NCBI RefSeq assembly: GCF_000143415.4
Contig: NW_003314280.1
Location: forward strand, 1,111,663 to 1,175,662
DNA from: Selaginella moellendorffii
Lineage: Eukaryota; Plantae; Lycopodiophyta
Direction: 5' to 3'
DNA length: 64,000 nucleotides
The notes under the pieces were generated by a model that was not told the DNA's origin, did no database searches, and was given only the letters and a program-made list of their open reading frames with translations. Position numbers and translations under genes: made by a program. This document shows, in pieces, positions 51,891 through 62,199 of this stretch (positions within the stretch are counted from its first letter, which is position 1; every line of letters starts with the position of its first letter).

Positions 51891-52683
51891 ATGTTTTTTT
51901 CCAGGAAGAAAGGCGCGAAAAAGAAGAATAGTGGTGGCGGCAGTAAAAGCGATCCCGCCAAGAGCAGTGGTGGCGGCAATCAAAGTGATCCCTCTAGCGG
52001 CATTACAAGCAATCCCGCGAAGACCAGTGGTGGCGGCAGTAAGAGCGATCCCGCTAGCGGCAGTACCAGCAATCCCGGGAAGAGCAGTGGCGGAGGTGCC
52101 AGCAATCCCGCTGCTAGGGACAGTATCAACATTCCCGCGGCTAGCAGCAGCAGCAACGCAGCACTCCTCCTGTACGAGGATCCGTAAGTTCCTTGTCGTT
52201 CTTGACAATATCTTACTGGAACTGAATCTTCTCCTTCTTGCAGAGACCACAAGGAGCCGTTCCTAATTGCCATCCCCACACTCCCTGAAAAGACTCTATA
52301 CCTTCGGATGTATGACAATGGAAACGATTCCTTCCAGCATCTAACTTGGATTCCCTGACAGGAGGATCATCAACAAAGCCTTGTGTATGATCTTTACGAT
52401 CGTCTCTCTGACGCCCCAGATAGACAAAGAGCTATTCAAGGACCTGGCCAAGCATTTCACTCGCAAGTTCAGGGCGGACAGGGAAAGCGTCACCAAGGAG
52501 GACTACGTGATCTGGGCGTTCAACATGGGCCTGCCTTTCATGAAGAACAACAAGTCTCTGGCCGGGACCAACATCTACCTCAGGATTTGGATCCAACTAG
52601 GCTGGTACGTTGGTGTTCGCCGTTGGAGATCTGCGAGCTCGCTGTGGAGGAAGCACGGCGATGTTGACGCGAGATCTCCTTAA
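51891..52683 (+). CDS. Hypothetical protein: Gly/Ser repeat N-terminus plus an unrecognised ~100-aa domain, 3 exons
   Basis: ATG 51891; GT-AG introns at ~52184-52242 and ~52311-52361 join the exons in frame (..YEDP-DHKEPF..LRM-RIINKALCM..). The C-domain is similar to the ORF at 63171-63491. Confidence 0.6.
51930..52145 (+). repeat. Coding tandem repeat (SGGGSKSDPA/SNPA units)
   Basis: Repeated AGTGGTGGCGGCAGTAA.AGCGATCCCGC units. Confidence 0.8.
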
Positions 52684-53299
52684 ATTTTTGCCATTTGTAG
52701 AATCTTGCAAGATTCCGCTTCAATCATTTGCAGCAATCAACGTCTAAGAATCTGGAAAGTGGTTTGAGTTTGTTTACTTTGAGGTTTTTATGTGAATATA
52801 ATTATTATTTAGTTGAAGAATAAATTTATATAAACTATAATAATTTTGAGTATTCTCAGAAATCCATACAATTGACCCTTTGAAACAAAACCCTTCACTG
52901 CTTTACAATTGTGAACGAGCAGTTCCCTGAGATGGAGTGCTTGAAGGCCATTACCTTCTCAAACTCCAAAACAGCTGTTTACTTCCGTGCCAGGCCAACA
53001 GCGTCCTCATAGTACGTGATGTAATTGATTTGGTATACAAGATCACCTCCATGGTTCAAGAGGCCCGCTGGCAGCGTGCACAGGTTTTGATTGCAGCGGG
53101 AAGTCCAAAGAATGTGTGAACCTTCGTGTGCAGTAGAAATCACAGAAATAAAAGGGAATAAAACCAGCACTGATGTACTTCCTTGAGGGGCTCTTGTGAT
53201 GGTTGGGATGACTCATCCTAAAGTAGTACATTAAAACTGTAATGTAGAATTAGTTGGGCACAGAAAAAGGAGAGAGCTTCTTGTTAATACTGATGCTTT

Positions 53300-53585
53300 A
53301 CAACCTGTACATCTTAAAGAACCACTCTCGTATGGACATCCAGAGGCAAGCTTGATTTCCACACAGGCATCTACAGTGATTGGATTGTCCAAAGCCCAGA
53401 CGACCAGCGCCTTCTTTCCAATGGCACCTTCGATTTAGGCTCTGGCAGCGAGAGATGATCTCCAACATCCTTTTGCAGAGGTGGATCTTTCGTGTAGAAT
53501 GGCAAAAATCATGCCTGTGGCTCGTGCCGTGCCCTTGTCCATGGGGATTTAAAACTTGGATTTTTGTATCAAGATTGATCGTCGG
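53300..53585 (-). pseudogene. Decayed copy of the orphan ORF at 63171-63491
   Basis: Direct nucleotide match to ~63255-63560 (GACATCCAGAGGCAAGCT, GAGATGATCTCCAACATCCTTTTGCAG, ATCATGCCTGTGGCTCGTGC), with frameshifts. Confidence 0.75.
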
Positions 53586-53655
53586 TGCAACGTTTTTAGA
53601 GCTTTGATCGATTCCAGCAAATGTCCCGCGGAAAGGGACTTTGATCAAGTATCAT

Positions 53656-53721
53656 GGTTCCACTCTGAAAGTAAGAAAAGGAGTCATGAAAGTAGCGCGA
53701 GTTCGAAACTCGCCAGAACCA
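53656..53721 (+). pseudogene. tRNA-Val remnant (5' acceptor strand and T-arm/3' end kept, middle replaced)
   Basis: ATCATGGTTCCA ... GCGAGTTCGAAACTCGCCAGAACCA. Confidence 0.6.
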
Positions 53722-55187
53722 GCACTGCCTCTTGTTGTTTGAAGATCAAGAAAATTTTACCATGCACGGGATCGGACGGCCGTGAGCATCTGCCTCCAAT
53801 TTGGGAGAAACGCGTTGCCACTGAACACATGTTAAATTCCTCACTCAACCAATGAACACTCAAGTGCTGCTCAGGACATCCGAAAAAAATTTTCTGACAA
53901 CCATGTCAACCAACCCTCCCTTGAACGACGGCTGTGGCAGTTTGGGAAACTGCTCCTGATGATGATGATGATGATGTTGATGTTGTTCTGAAGATCGGGT
54001 TTATAACTTTTGCTTATTAAAGCAGTGTCTTTGGATGACACACAAAAGTAGATGGTGGAACCAAGTTTGATGAAAAAGGTGGGAAAAACTTTGCAGCCAG
54101 TTTACTTTAGTGCATGTGCAGGTAATGTATTATTTCTTTACAGCTCAGAGAAGTATTTGGAAAGATAGAACTGAGACAAGCCAGATGCAAAAGAAGCAAA
54201 CACTTCCATCAGTATTCTATCATTTGGGCTTCAAGTTGAGGAAGTGGGTGGCATTAATCCAGTTCAGGACTTCGAAGCTTTGTTGGCTCGTTGTGCTGGG
54301 AAAGCACCTTTCTGAAGACATGACATTGCCTTGTTGTAAGTCTTTTCTTTTACGATGCTCCAGAAGATGATCTTCTTCATACCTTGCATTTATGTGATGC
54401 AAGAAGTGAGTGTTTTTCCAAGTTTTGGTTTTTGTTGCTTTAGAACTCCTCCTTTACATTTCTGCCACTACAGGAACCTGGAAAATTCAACAGTTTCTTC
54501 TGCCAACTATCAGAGAAGTGTCAAGGAAAGTGCCATGGGAAAGAATTCTAAGAGACCAACTTACATTCATCACAAAATAAGAAGCACATGACAGGTAAGT
54601 CTTTACTTTCATGACTTATAGTCATTTTACTTTTTTGCATCAGTGATGTAGAAGAGGATGATAAAACAGATATGTTAGCTGATTAACCACAAATAAAAAA
54701 TGTAATTCAGTTGTAATTGTAGTTTATTAATAAAAAATTTAGCTGTTCAACCATAAGATCTGGAATATAGCAAAAATAAGTTAATATTTATTTTAAAATT
54801 TACTATATTTAGATAAATATAAAATAAATATAATCAAGAATACTTTCAATGGATGTTGTTTACTTCTCCTACAAGTGTCATTTAATGTTAATTAGCTAAC
54901 TCAGAAAATATATGCCCTTCCACTAAAGCTACACTTTTATGTAACACATTTACAAATTCGTGGTTTAAATATAGTAATAATTGCAATAATAAATTTTTCC
55001 ATAAATACAAGCAAAAAATTGAATAGAAAGATATTAACATTCTAATTTTGAGGCTATCAAGTTATTATATTAGAACCATTAATTTATTGTTGTGGTTATT
55101 TTAACACTAATTTTGCAATATAAATAATATATAAGATAGTTAGGGAACAAAATTTTAAAGTGGCAGATATCTTAGTTAAATTAGTGG

Positions 55188-55361
55188 TGTGAGGGCCAAG
55201 TGTACGGCTACGATGCCGTATACTAATATTAGCGTAGTGGATTTTGGTAGCCGTCGGATTGGTTTCAATCCGGACCACTCGCTCCTGTATATAAGCTAGG
55301 GTTTTTGGGTTAATTGATATGCACATTTCTGTATTCCCTTTCTATATTCCATGCACTCACA
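55188..55361 (+). repeat. 5' LTR
   Basis: TGTGAGGGCC...CACTCACA; contains TATATAA. Confidence 0.97.
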
Positions 55362-55362
55362 T

Positions 55363-55378
55363 TGGTGGAGTTGAGGGG
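55363..55378 (+). other. Primer-binding site, tRNA-Ala-like
   Basis: TGGTGGAGTTGAGGGG, 1 nt after the LTR; resembles the complement of a tRNA-Ala 3' end (TGGTGGAG.TG.GGGG). Confidence 0.65.
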
Positions 55379-55594
55379 CACCTTTGATTGTCCCTGGGGA
55401 GTGCTTGGATGTGGGATTTCGGTTTAGATCTAGCTTTTGCATTGTCTAGATCTAACTTTTTCCATTTCCTTTCTTTTGTTCTTTCCTTTTAGGATTTTGG
55501 TTTAGATCTAGCTTTTTGCATTGTCTAGATCTACCATTTCTTTCTAGCTTTTTGTCATTTCTCTTCTTTTACTCTTTCTTTCTCATTCATTTTC

Positions 55595-56527
55595 ATGGCC
55601 GATCCGCAATCTCCTCCTTTGACTCTAGAGCAGCAGTTGGTTCAATTGCTTGATGCTATGCGCTTGCAATTGAACAACCAAACTCAGTTGATGGCAGCGT
55701 TCACGGCACATGGTACAACTCCTCTTGCTTTTGGTGCCAATCCTCGCGTTCGGCCAGAGTTCTTTTGTGGGAATCCTGGGGATGATGTGTACCATTGGTT
55801 CGATCACTTCACGGTGATTGCCACATATCATTCTTGGGATGATGCTCGACGTTTGCGTGAGTTCCCCACATGTCTTCAAGGGACGGCATTGCAGTGGTAC
55901 AATGGATTGAGCACAGCTACTCGTGGCGATTGGAGTGTTCTTCCGGACGTCTTCAAACGCGCCTTCGGACACGCCGACGATTGTGATGATGCCTTCCAAC
56001 AATTGCATCGTCTTCGCCAAGGGCCATCTAAGTCGGTGATGCAATTTGGCGTTCGTTTCCGAAGTCTTTTGCTTCGTGCGGAGCCAAATATGTCGGAGCG
56101 GATCAAGCTAGGAATGCTGTGGCCAGCACTTCGTCAAGATCTTGTCGGACTTGTGCATGCACTTGCTCCTGCCACTCTTGACGATGCTCTTCGCTTAGCA
56201 CAACGTTATGAGACGTTGCCTCTTCCACTTCTTGCTACACGTCCTTCAGCTCCACTTCCTATGAGTGATGGTCCTGTTCCCATGGAGGTTGATGCTGCTG
56301 CTACTCGAGTCCAAGGACAAGGGCGAGGACGTGGTCGTGGCCATGACATTCGTTGCTGGGCGTGTGATGAAGTTGGTCATACTTATCGGCGTTGTCGGCG
56401 CTTTCCGGATTGGCGACCTCCAGTTCCTGGGTGGAGACCTTGGCGTCAGCAACGTCCTGTTGGTGCTGCTGCGGTGGAAGGTTTGGATACCGAGGTGCAT
56501 TCGGGAAACGAGGAGTCGCGCGAGTAA
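55595..56527 (+). CDS. gag: Gag (capsid plus CCHC zinc knuckle)
   Basis: LQGTALQWY, LRQGPSKSV, PVPMEVD, CWACDEVGHTYRRC. Confidence 0.92.
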   Translation: MADPQSPPLTLEQQLVQLLDAMRLQLNNQTQLMAAFTAHGTTPLAFGANPRVRPEFFCGNPGDDVYHWFDHFTVIATYHSWDDARRLREFPTCLQGTALQWYNGLSTATRGDWSVLPDVFKRAFGHADDCDDAFQQLHRLRQGPSKSVMQFGVRFRSLLLRAEPNMSERIKLGMLWPALRQDLVGLVHALAPATLDDALRLAQRYETLPLPLLATRPSAPLPMSDGPVPMEVDAAATRVQGQGRGRGRGHDIRCWACDEVGHTYRRCRRFPDWRPPVPGWRPWRQQRPVGAAAVEGLDTEVHSGNEESRE

Positions 56528-56566
56528 TGGAGGGACCTTGCGCGAATAAGTTAGTGACCCCTCCAT
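56503..56566 (+). other. -1 programmed ribosomal frameshift signal: slippery heptamer plus H-type pseudoknot
   Basis: G-GGA-AAC at 56503-56509 in gag phase; stem 1 56516-56524/56537-56545; stem 2 56527-56534/56559-56566. Confidence 0.85.
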
Positions 56567-59500
56567 CTTTCTTTCGGGAGTATCATCAAGGGGTTCACTC
56601 GGCACCGGTTCATCCAGTGTTTACTTTCCAAGCTCGATTTTATAACAAGAGGTCTCCTATTCTTCTCTCCGTGTTGGTTGATACAGGTTCGAGTTTATCT
56701 TCTATTGCTCGACCTGTTGCCACACGTTGTCGTCTACACTTGCGTCGTGCAGCGGATCCAGTTTTCATTCTTTATGGCAACGGCCGTACACATGCATGTG
56801 CACGAGATGAGGCAGACCTGGTTGTGCGTGTGGGCGATCTCGAGCTTGAGTTGCAGTCGTTGCGGGTGGTGCCGAGTCAAGCTTTTGACCTCATTCTTGG
56901 TATGGATTGGTTGCAGCACAATCATGCCAAGTGTGACTTTGAGGCTTTTCCCCCTTGTCTCATACTTCCTTATGTTTCATCCATTCCTCTCACTTCCGTA
57001 CCTCTTCGTCCCTCTACTTCTACCTCTGCTTCCATTACTTTTGTTCCCCCATTATTTCCTCTTGTGTTTCCATTTTGTTCTGCTCTTCCCTTTTCCGATC
57101 CCTCCAATGATCTTTGTGTTGCAGCTGTTGACCAGCTCATGAAGGAGTATTCTGATCTCTTTGAATTTGACCTATCGTCTGGGGCCAAGATTGCCACACG
57201 TCATCCCATTCCAACCGGGGATGCTCGTCCAATCAAGGTTCCTGTTCGTCGTCGGTCACCCAAGGAGATCAAGATTTTACGTGCAAACGTCAAGGAGATG
57301 TTGGAGAAGGGTGTTATTCGGAAGTCGCGGAGTCCTTGGGCATGTGAACCTCATCTTGTGACGAAGCCTGATGGGAGTATTCGTTTTTGCATCGACTATC
57401 GTCCATTAAATGAAGTGACGATCCCGGACGTGTACCTTCTTCCTCACACTGCTGATCTCTTGGATCGTCTGGGGCGAAGTCGTTGGTTCACCAAGCTAGA
57501 TCTTGCTTCTGGGTATTGGCAAGTACCGATGGCTGAAGACGATATTCCTAAGACTGCTTTTCGTACACCATTTGGTTTGTACGAGTTTTTTGTGATGCCG
57601 TTTGGTTTGAACAATGCTCCAGCAACTTTTCAGCGGATGATGGACGAGGTTCTTTGCGATATGCCGGAGGTGACGGCTGACTTCATTGATGATGTCTTGA
57701 TCCACTCGGAGGGGACGTGGGAGGAGCATGTTCGTGATGTTTGTAAAGTGTTGGATCGGCTACGCGACGTTGGTTTAAAGCTGAAGCGGTCGAAGTGCGT
57801 GTTTGGGTCCAAGGACACAACTTATCTTGGGTACCGTATTTCTCGTGAGGGTTTGCAAGTTGATCCTGACAAACTTGTGGCTGTTCTAAAGTTCCCTACT
57901 CCGAAGTGTGTGAATGATGTGCAGCGTTTTTTGGGTAAGGTGCAGTATCTCGGTCGTTTTGTGGATCATCTTTCCGATCGCACTTTACCATTGCGAGCGT
58001 TGCTGAAGTCATCAACGTCATCTTTCATCTGGTCTCCCGATTGTGAGCGGGCGTTCGTGAATCTCAAAGAGCTATTGACGACTCCTCCGGTTTTGGCATA
58101 TCCTGACTACACTCGACCTTTTATTTTGCGCGTGGATGCTTCTGACATTGGTTTTGGAGGTGTGTTGATGCAAGAGAGCTCCAGCGTGCCTGGTCAGCGC
58201 CATCCCATTGCATACATAAGCCGTACATTACAACCAGCGGAGATGAACTACTCCACGACGGAGAAGGAGTGTTTAGCAGCAGTCTGGGGTTTCGAGAAAC
58301 TTCATGCCTATCTACATGGTTCTTGGACGTTACTTGAAGGTGACCATGCTGCTATTACTTCATTATTGAAGCGGAAGAACCTGGTTAGTCGTACGGCTCG
58401 ATGGGCTTTGAAGCTTCAGATATATGATTTCGATGTTGTTCATCGCCCAGGGAGTTCTATGGCTGATGCTGATGCCCTTTCTCGAGCTCCTCTTCCTTCT
58501 CCACTCACTTCTCATGTTTCTGACGAACCTGTTGTTCCAACATCTGTGGATTTTCTAGATGAGGATTCTGTGCCGTCGGCGGTTGCTGTCCTTGACGTTC
58601 AGTGTCCACAGGGCGTAGAGCAAGATCTACCTTCTCTGGATGAGGTTCGCGAGGCTCAAAAGATTGAGCCGTGGATTCGAAGGCTTCGAGATGGGTTTGA
58701 GAATCCTGCATCACTTGCTGATGACTTGCCTTTTCGGCATTTACATTCTCAATATCGCCTTGAAGATGGCCTTCTTTATTTTGTGGGGACAGATCCTGAT
58801 GCTCATTTACGGCTGGTGGTGCCTTCGGTGTTTATTCCGCGGTTTCTCCATACCTACCATGATTCTCCTATTCTAGGTGGGCATATGGGACACCGTCGTG
58901 TCACCAAGAAGCTGCGCAGATCTTTCTATTGGCCAGAGATGCGATGTGATATTATCCGGTATGTGCGTAGCTGCGTTTGGTGCCAAGCTCGTAATACTCC
59001 CCCTTGTGCTGCGGAAGGACAGTTGGAGTCAATTGCAGTTTCTCGTCCGTTTGAGTTGGTGGCATTTGATCTTATGGGACCTTTTCCGCGATCGACTGCT
59101 GGCAATGAGTATGTTATTATTGCTTCTGACTACTTAACTCGTTGGGTGGAAGTTGGTGCTCTTGCTAGTGCCTCTGCAACTGCTGTTGGATACTTCCTCC
59201 TCAATCGAGTGGTGTTCCAGCATTCTTGTCCAGAACAGATTCTTTCGGATAATGATCCTGCATTTATGGCTGAGGTATTTCATGTTTTGACATCTTGGTT
59301 GGGGATACGCCACACTTTTACGAGTGCTTATCATCCACAATCAGACGGTCTGGTGGAACGGCTCGTTCGGACATTCAAAGGGATGATTGCGAAGTATGTG
59401 AACTTTCAACATTCGGATTGGGATGGTTATTTGCCGTCTCTTCGGTATGCTTATGTCACAGGGGTGCAGAGTTCTGTTGGTGCTTCACCATATAAACTTC

Positions 59501-59991
59501 TATATGGTCATGATCCAATATTACCAATAGAGCTGGGTTTACCTTCGCGATTGCCACGAGCTCCTGATGCTAGGTCATGGGATCAATATTTGACAAGCAT
59601 TCTTCCACTTGTCCGAGCAGAGTCTGCTGAACACTTAGGCCGCATACAAGTGGGACAACAACGGCGCTACAATTCCCATCATCGTCCACCAGCGGAGTAC
59701 AAAGTGGATGATTTGGTGTTAGTCCGTTTTCCCCATCTTACGGTACGTGGTTTATCTAAGGGGCTCCTTGCGCAGTGGAAAGGACCATATCGGGTGTTGC
59801 GGCAAGTTGGACCACAAGTTTATGAGGTTCGGCATGACGTTCAGCAGGCCAATCCTCCGGAGATTGTGCATGTGCAGCGGTTAAAACGCTTCATACAAAA
59901 GGATCAGGAGCAATTAATACCGTCTACAGATCCACCGATGCCTCCTCCTGATGTTCCTCCAGATCCCGGCCCATCTACAAGAGAACCCTGA
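56503..59991 (+). CDS. pol: Pol polyprotein (protease, RT, RNase H, integrase), in the -1 frame relative to gag
   Basis: LVDTGSS; MPFGLNNAPATFQR and FIDDVLI; VDASD and EKECLA; HDSPILGGH..CVWC, SDND, HPQSDGLVER, WKGPY. No chromodomain, no internal stops. Confidence 0.95.
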   Translation, partial: GKRGVARVMEGPCANKLVTPPSFFREYHQGVHSAPVHPVFTFQARFYNKRSPILLSVLVDTGSSLSSIARPVATRCRLHLRRAADPVFILYGNGRTHACARDEADLVVRVGDLELELQSLRVVPSQAFDLILGMDWLQHNHAKCDFEAFPPCLILPYVSSIPLTSVPLRPSTSTSASITFVPPLFPLVFPFCSALPFSDPSNDLCVAAVDQLMKEYSDLFEFDLSSGAKIATRHPIPTGDARPIKVPVRRRSPKEIKILRANVKEMLEKGVIRKSRSPWACEPHLVTKPDGSIRFCIDYRPLNEVTIPDVYLLPHTADLLDRLGRSRWFTKLDLASGYWQVPMAEDDIPKTAFRTPFGLYEFFVMPFGLNNAPATFQRMMDEVLCDMPEVTADFIDDVLIHSEGTWEEHVRDVCKVLDRLRDVGLKLKRSKCVFGSKDTTYLGYRISREGLQVDPDKLVAVLKFPTPKCVNDVQRFLGKVQYLGRFVDHLSDRTLPLRALLKSSTSSFIWSPDCERAFVNLKELLTTPPVLAYPDYTRPFILRVDASDIGFGGVLMQESSSVPGQRHPIAYISRTLQPAEMNYSTTEKECLAAVWGFEKLHAYLHGSWTLLEGDHAAITSLLKRKNLVSRTARWALKLQIYDFDVVHRPGSSMADADALSRAPLPSPLTSHVSDEPVVPTSVDFLDEDSVPSAVAVLDVQCPQGVEQDLPSLDEVREAQKIEPWIRRLRDGFENPASLADDLPFRHLHSQYRLEDGLLYFVGTDPDAHLRLVVPSVFIPRFLHTYHDSPILGGHMGHRRVTKKLRRSFYWPEMRCDIIRYVRSCVWCQARNTPPCAAEGQLESIAVSRPFELVAFDLMGPFPRSTAGNEYVIIASDYLTRWVEVGALASASATAVGYFLLNRVVFQHSCPEQILSDNDPAFMAEVFHVLTSWLGIRHTFTSAYHPQSDGLVERLVRTFKGMIAKYVNFQHSDWDGYLPSLRYAYVTGVQSSVGASPYKLLYGHDPILPIELGLPSRLPRAPDARSWDQYLTSILPLVRAESAEHLGRIQVGQQRRYNSHHRPPAEYKVDDLVLVRFPHLTVRGLSKGLLAQWKGPYRVLRQVGPQVYEVRHDVQQANPPEIVHVQRLKRFIQKDQEQLIPSTDPPMPPPDVPPDPGPSTREP

Positions 59992-60008
59992 CGGCCTTTC
60001 ATTATTCC

Positions 60009-60023
60009 GAGAGGAGGGGATGA
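60009..60023 (+). other. Polypurine tract
   Basis: GAGAGGAGGGGATGA immediately before the 3' LTR. Confidence 0.85.
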
Positions 60024-60197
60024 TGTGAGGGCCAAGTGTACGGCTACGATGCCGTATATTAATATTAGCGTAGTGGATTTTGGTAGCCGTCGGATTGGTT
60101 TCAATCCGGACCACTCGCTCCTGTATATAAGCTAGGGTTTTTGGGTTAATTGATATACACATTTCTGTATTCCCTTTCTATATTCCATGCACTCACA
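60024..60197 (+). repeat. 3' LTR
   Basis: Matches the 5' LTR apart from 2 transitions seen by eye. Confidence 0.97.
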
Positions 60198-62199
60198 GTG
60201 GGGATATTATTTAGAATATAGAAAAAATTAAAAATTGAAAAAAGTTATTATTTATTTTAAAATTTACTATATTTAGAGAAACTAAAAATAAAAATTAATT
60301 AATTTTATACTATTTTTATGTATTTAAATTCATATATATATATAAATGAATTGTGGTCATTATTTTAAATGAATTTTATTTTTTATTTTATTTTTATATT
60401 TACAAGGTTTTAAGGAGAACTAATTTATATAAGGTTATTCATATCTAGCAAAATCTAAATAAATATTAAATAATTTTAAATTTTATTATATTCCGAACAA
60501 TATTGTCTTTGCTTCTTTCACATACATAATCATTTTGACATTATGGTTCAACCAAGATACCTGCTATTTGAAACTTTATTCCGTGGGTTAGTCAACAATT
60601 TTATATATTGTTAACATTACAAAATTAACATTAAAGTAACCACATAATAAATCAACATTTGGAATGAAAGGATTCACTTATACTTTTTTCTATATATAAA
60701 ATTCATAAATAAAATGAATTATGGTCATCATTTTAAGTTTATTTTATTTCATTTATTTGTCATTTTCACAAGTTTTTTAAGGAGAATTAGTTTAGATTGC
60801 AAATCACAATGGTAATTTGCCCAAGAATTGCTACATCTTTCTGTCATAGGCATCTTAGAACTCCTGCAGGTAACTGCATAAGAAACACTGGTATGAACTA
60901 TCTCATGAATTCTCTCTTCCTCACTGGGATAATGAGTCCATTGGAAAGTTTTTTAAGCCCTTGCACTTGTTCAGTGCTGCTTGATATCTATCGTAGGATT
61001 CCTTACCAAGCTTGTCTTCAGGCTTCAGCCTACAGCTATAGAGTCTGCAAAATGGACAAAATATTGATTGGCTCTATCTTGAACTTTTGGGAACATTTTT
61101 GGGTACATCACAGTGAAGAACAGTGTTGTGACGACAAGTCAAGGACGTCACCCTTGGCCTCCACCAAATCTCTTGGTACCCACAGCTTGCGACCATTTAT
61201 TTCCACTTATGCAAACAAAAGACGATCCATCTTCCATTTCTGGGCAAAAAATCAGTAAATCAGTAAGTCGCTGAATCCCCATGTTCAAGAGAACTCTCCA
61301 GAGCCTCAAACTTAACTTGTCCAGGATGTCCAGGTGGGCTCGTTTCCAGCAGAATGTCGAGACCATCAACCCTTTTCACCACAAAATATCGCACTGCACT
61401 ACTCGATTAGCATAAACAGCATGCAATATACTTAATTAACGCATATCTCTGGTTTAGCTCAATAAATCCCGCAACGATACGCGAGGTCTGTCATTTTCTT
61501 CGCCATAAGCTTTGACTGGAAATATGTTCTTCAGCATGCGTTCGAACTTGAATGCCTTGGTGACCACCGTGCGGTTAAGTTTCGCCTCTTGCCCAAGGTC
61601 CATCTTATTGTTAGATGGCATCCCTTCCTCCACCTGCATTGCACTTGTCAGGAAACAAAAAAAAAAAAAAAAAAACCAACAAACAGTATGTGACACTACC
61701 TCCATGAAAAGCCCCTGCCATTGATGAGACTCTTTTGTGGCTTGATTTGGTGGACACCTCAGGATCTTCTTTTGCGGCTATGGTTAAACCCGCCTTGCCC
61801 AGTCCCTAGAAAACAAAAGCATGATCTTCTAAACAAATTCTGTCAGTACCTTCGCCTTTCGTGTTTTGCTAGGAGCAGGCCTAAGAGCAAGTGTTTGCTC
61901 TTCTGCCTAGTCAGGCGTTTTCTCAGTGTTCTGGAAACAATATTACTTCATTTCCTGGAAACGATTTCAATTTACCTCTTCAGAAAGTCTATCTATTTTA
62001 TAAGCTTAGCTTCTACTTCACTGTCGTCCTCGTCGTCAGATATTTTCCTTTTCTTTGCTGAAGCAATCTCAACCATCTTAATAGTAATCTGAACAAGTTT
62101 TCCTTTAAGCACGATTCAGGTTTTCTAGAAACCACATCAACTTAACGTTTTTGTTTTTGCTGGTATAAGATCATGTGATGACTCATATTTTCTAACGTT

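Larger units (their letters stand above)
55188..60197 (+). mobile_element. Full-length Ty3/gypsy LTR retrotransposon (non-chromovirus), apparently intact
   Basis: 174-bp TG...CA LTRs, 4-bp TSD GTGG (55184-55187 / 60198-60201), PBS, PPT, gag plus PR-RT-RH-INT order. Confidence 0.97.

Noticed and set aside
51930-52145. Regularly spaced repeats considered as a CRISPR-like array
   Set aside because: They are coding Gly/Ser repeats in a eukaryotic gene, with no unique spacers and no cas genes.
53957-53985. (GAT)n microsatellite
   Set aside because: Ordinary short simple repeat.
56392-56502. ORF-track start of pol at 56392
   Set aside because: Non-ATG start inside gag; pol is better explained by the frameshift at 56503.
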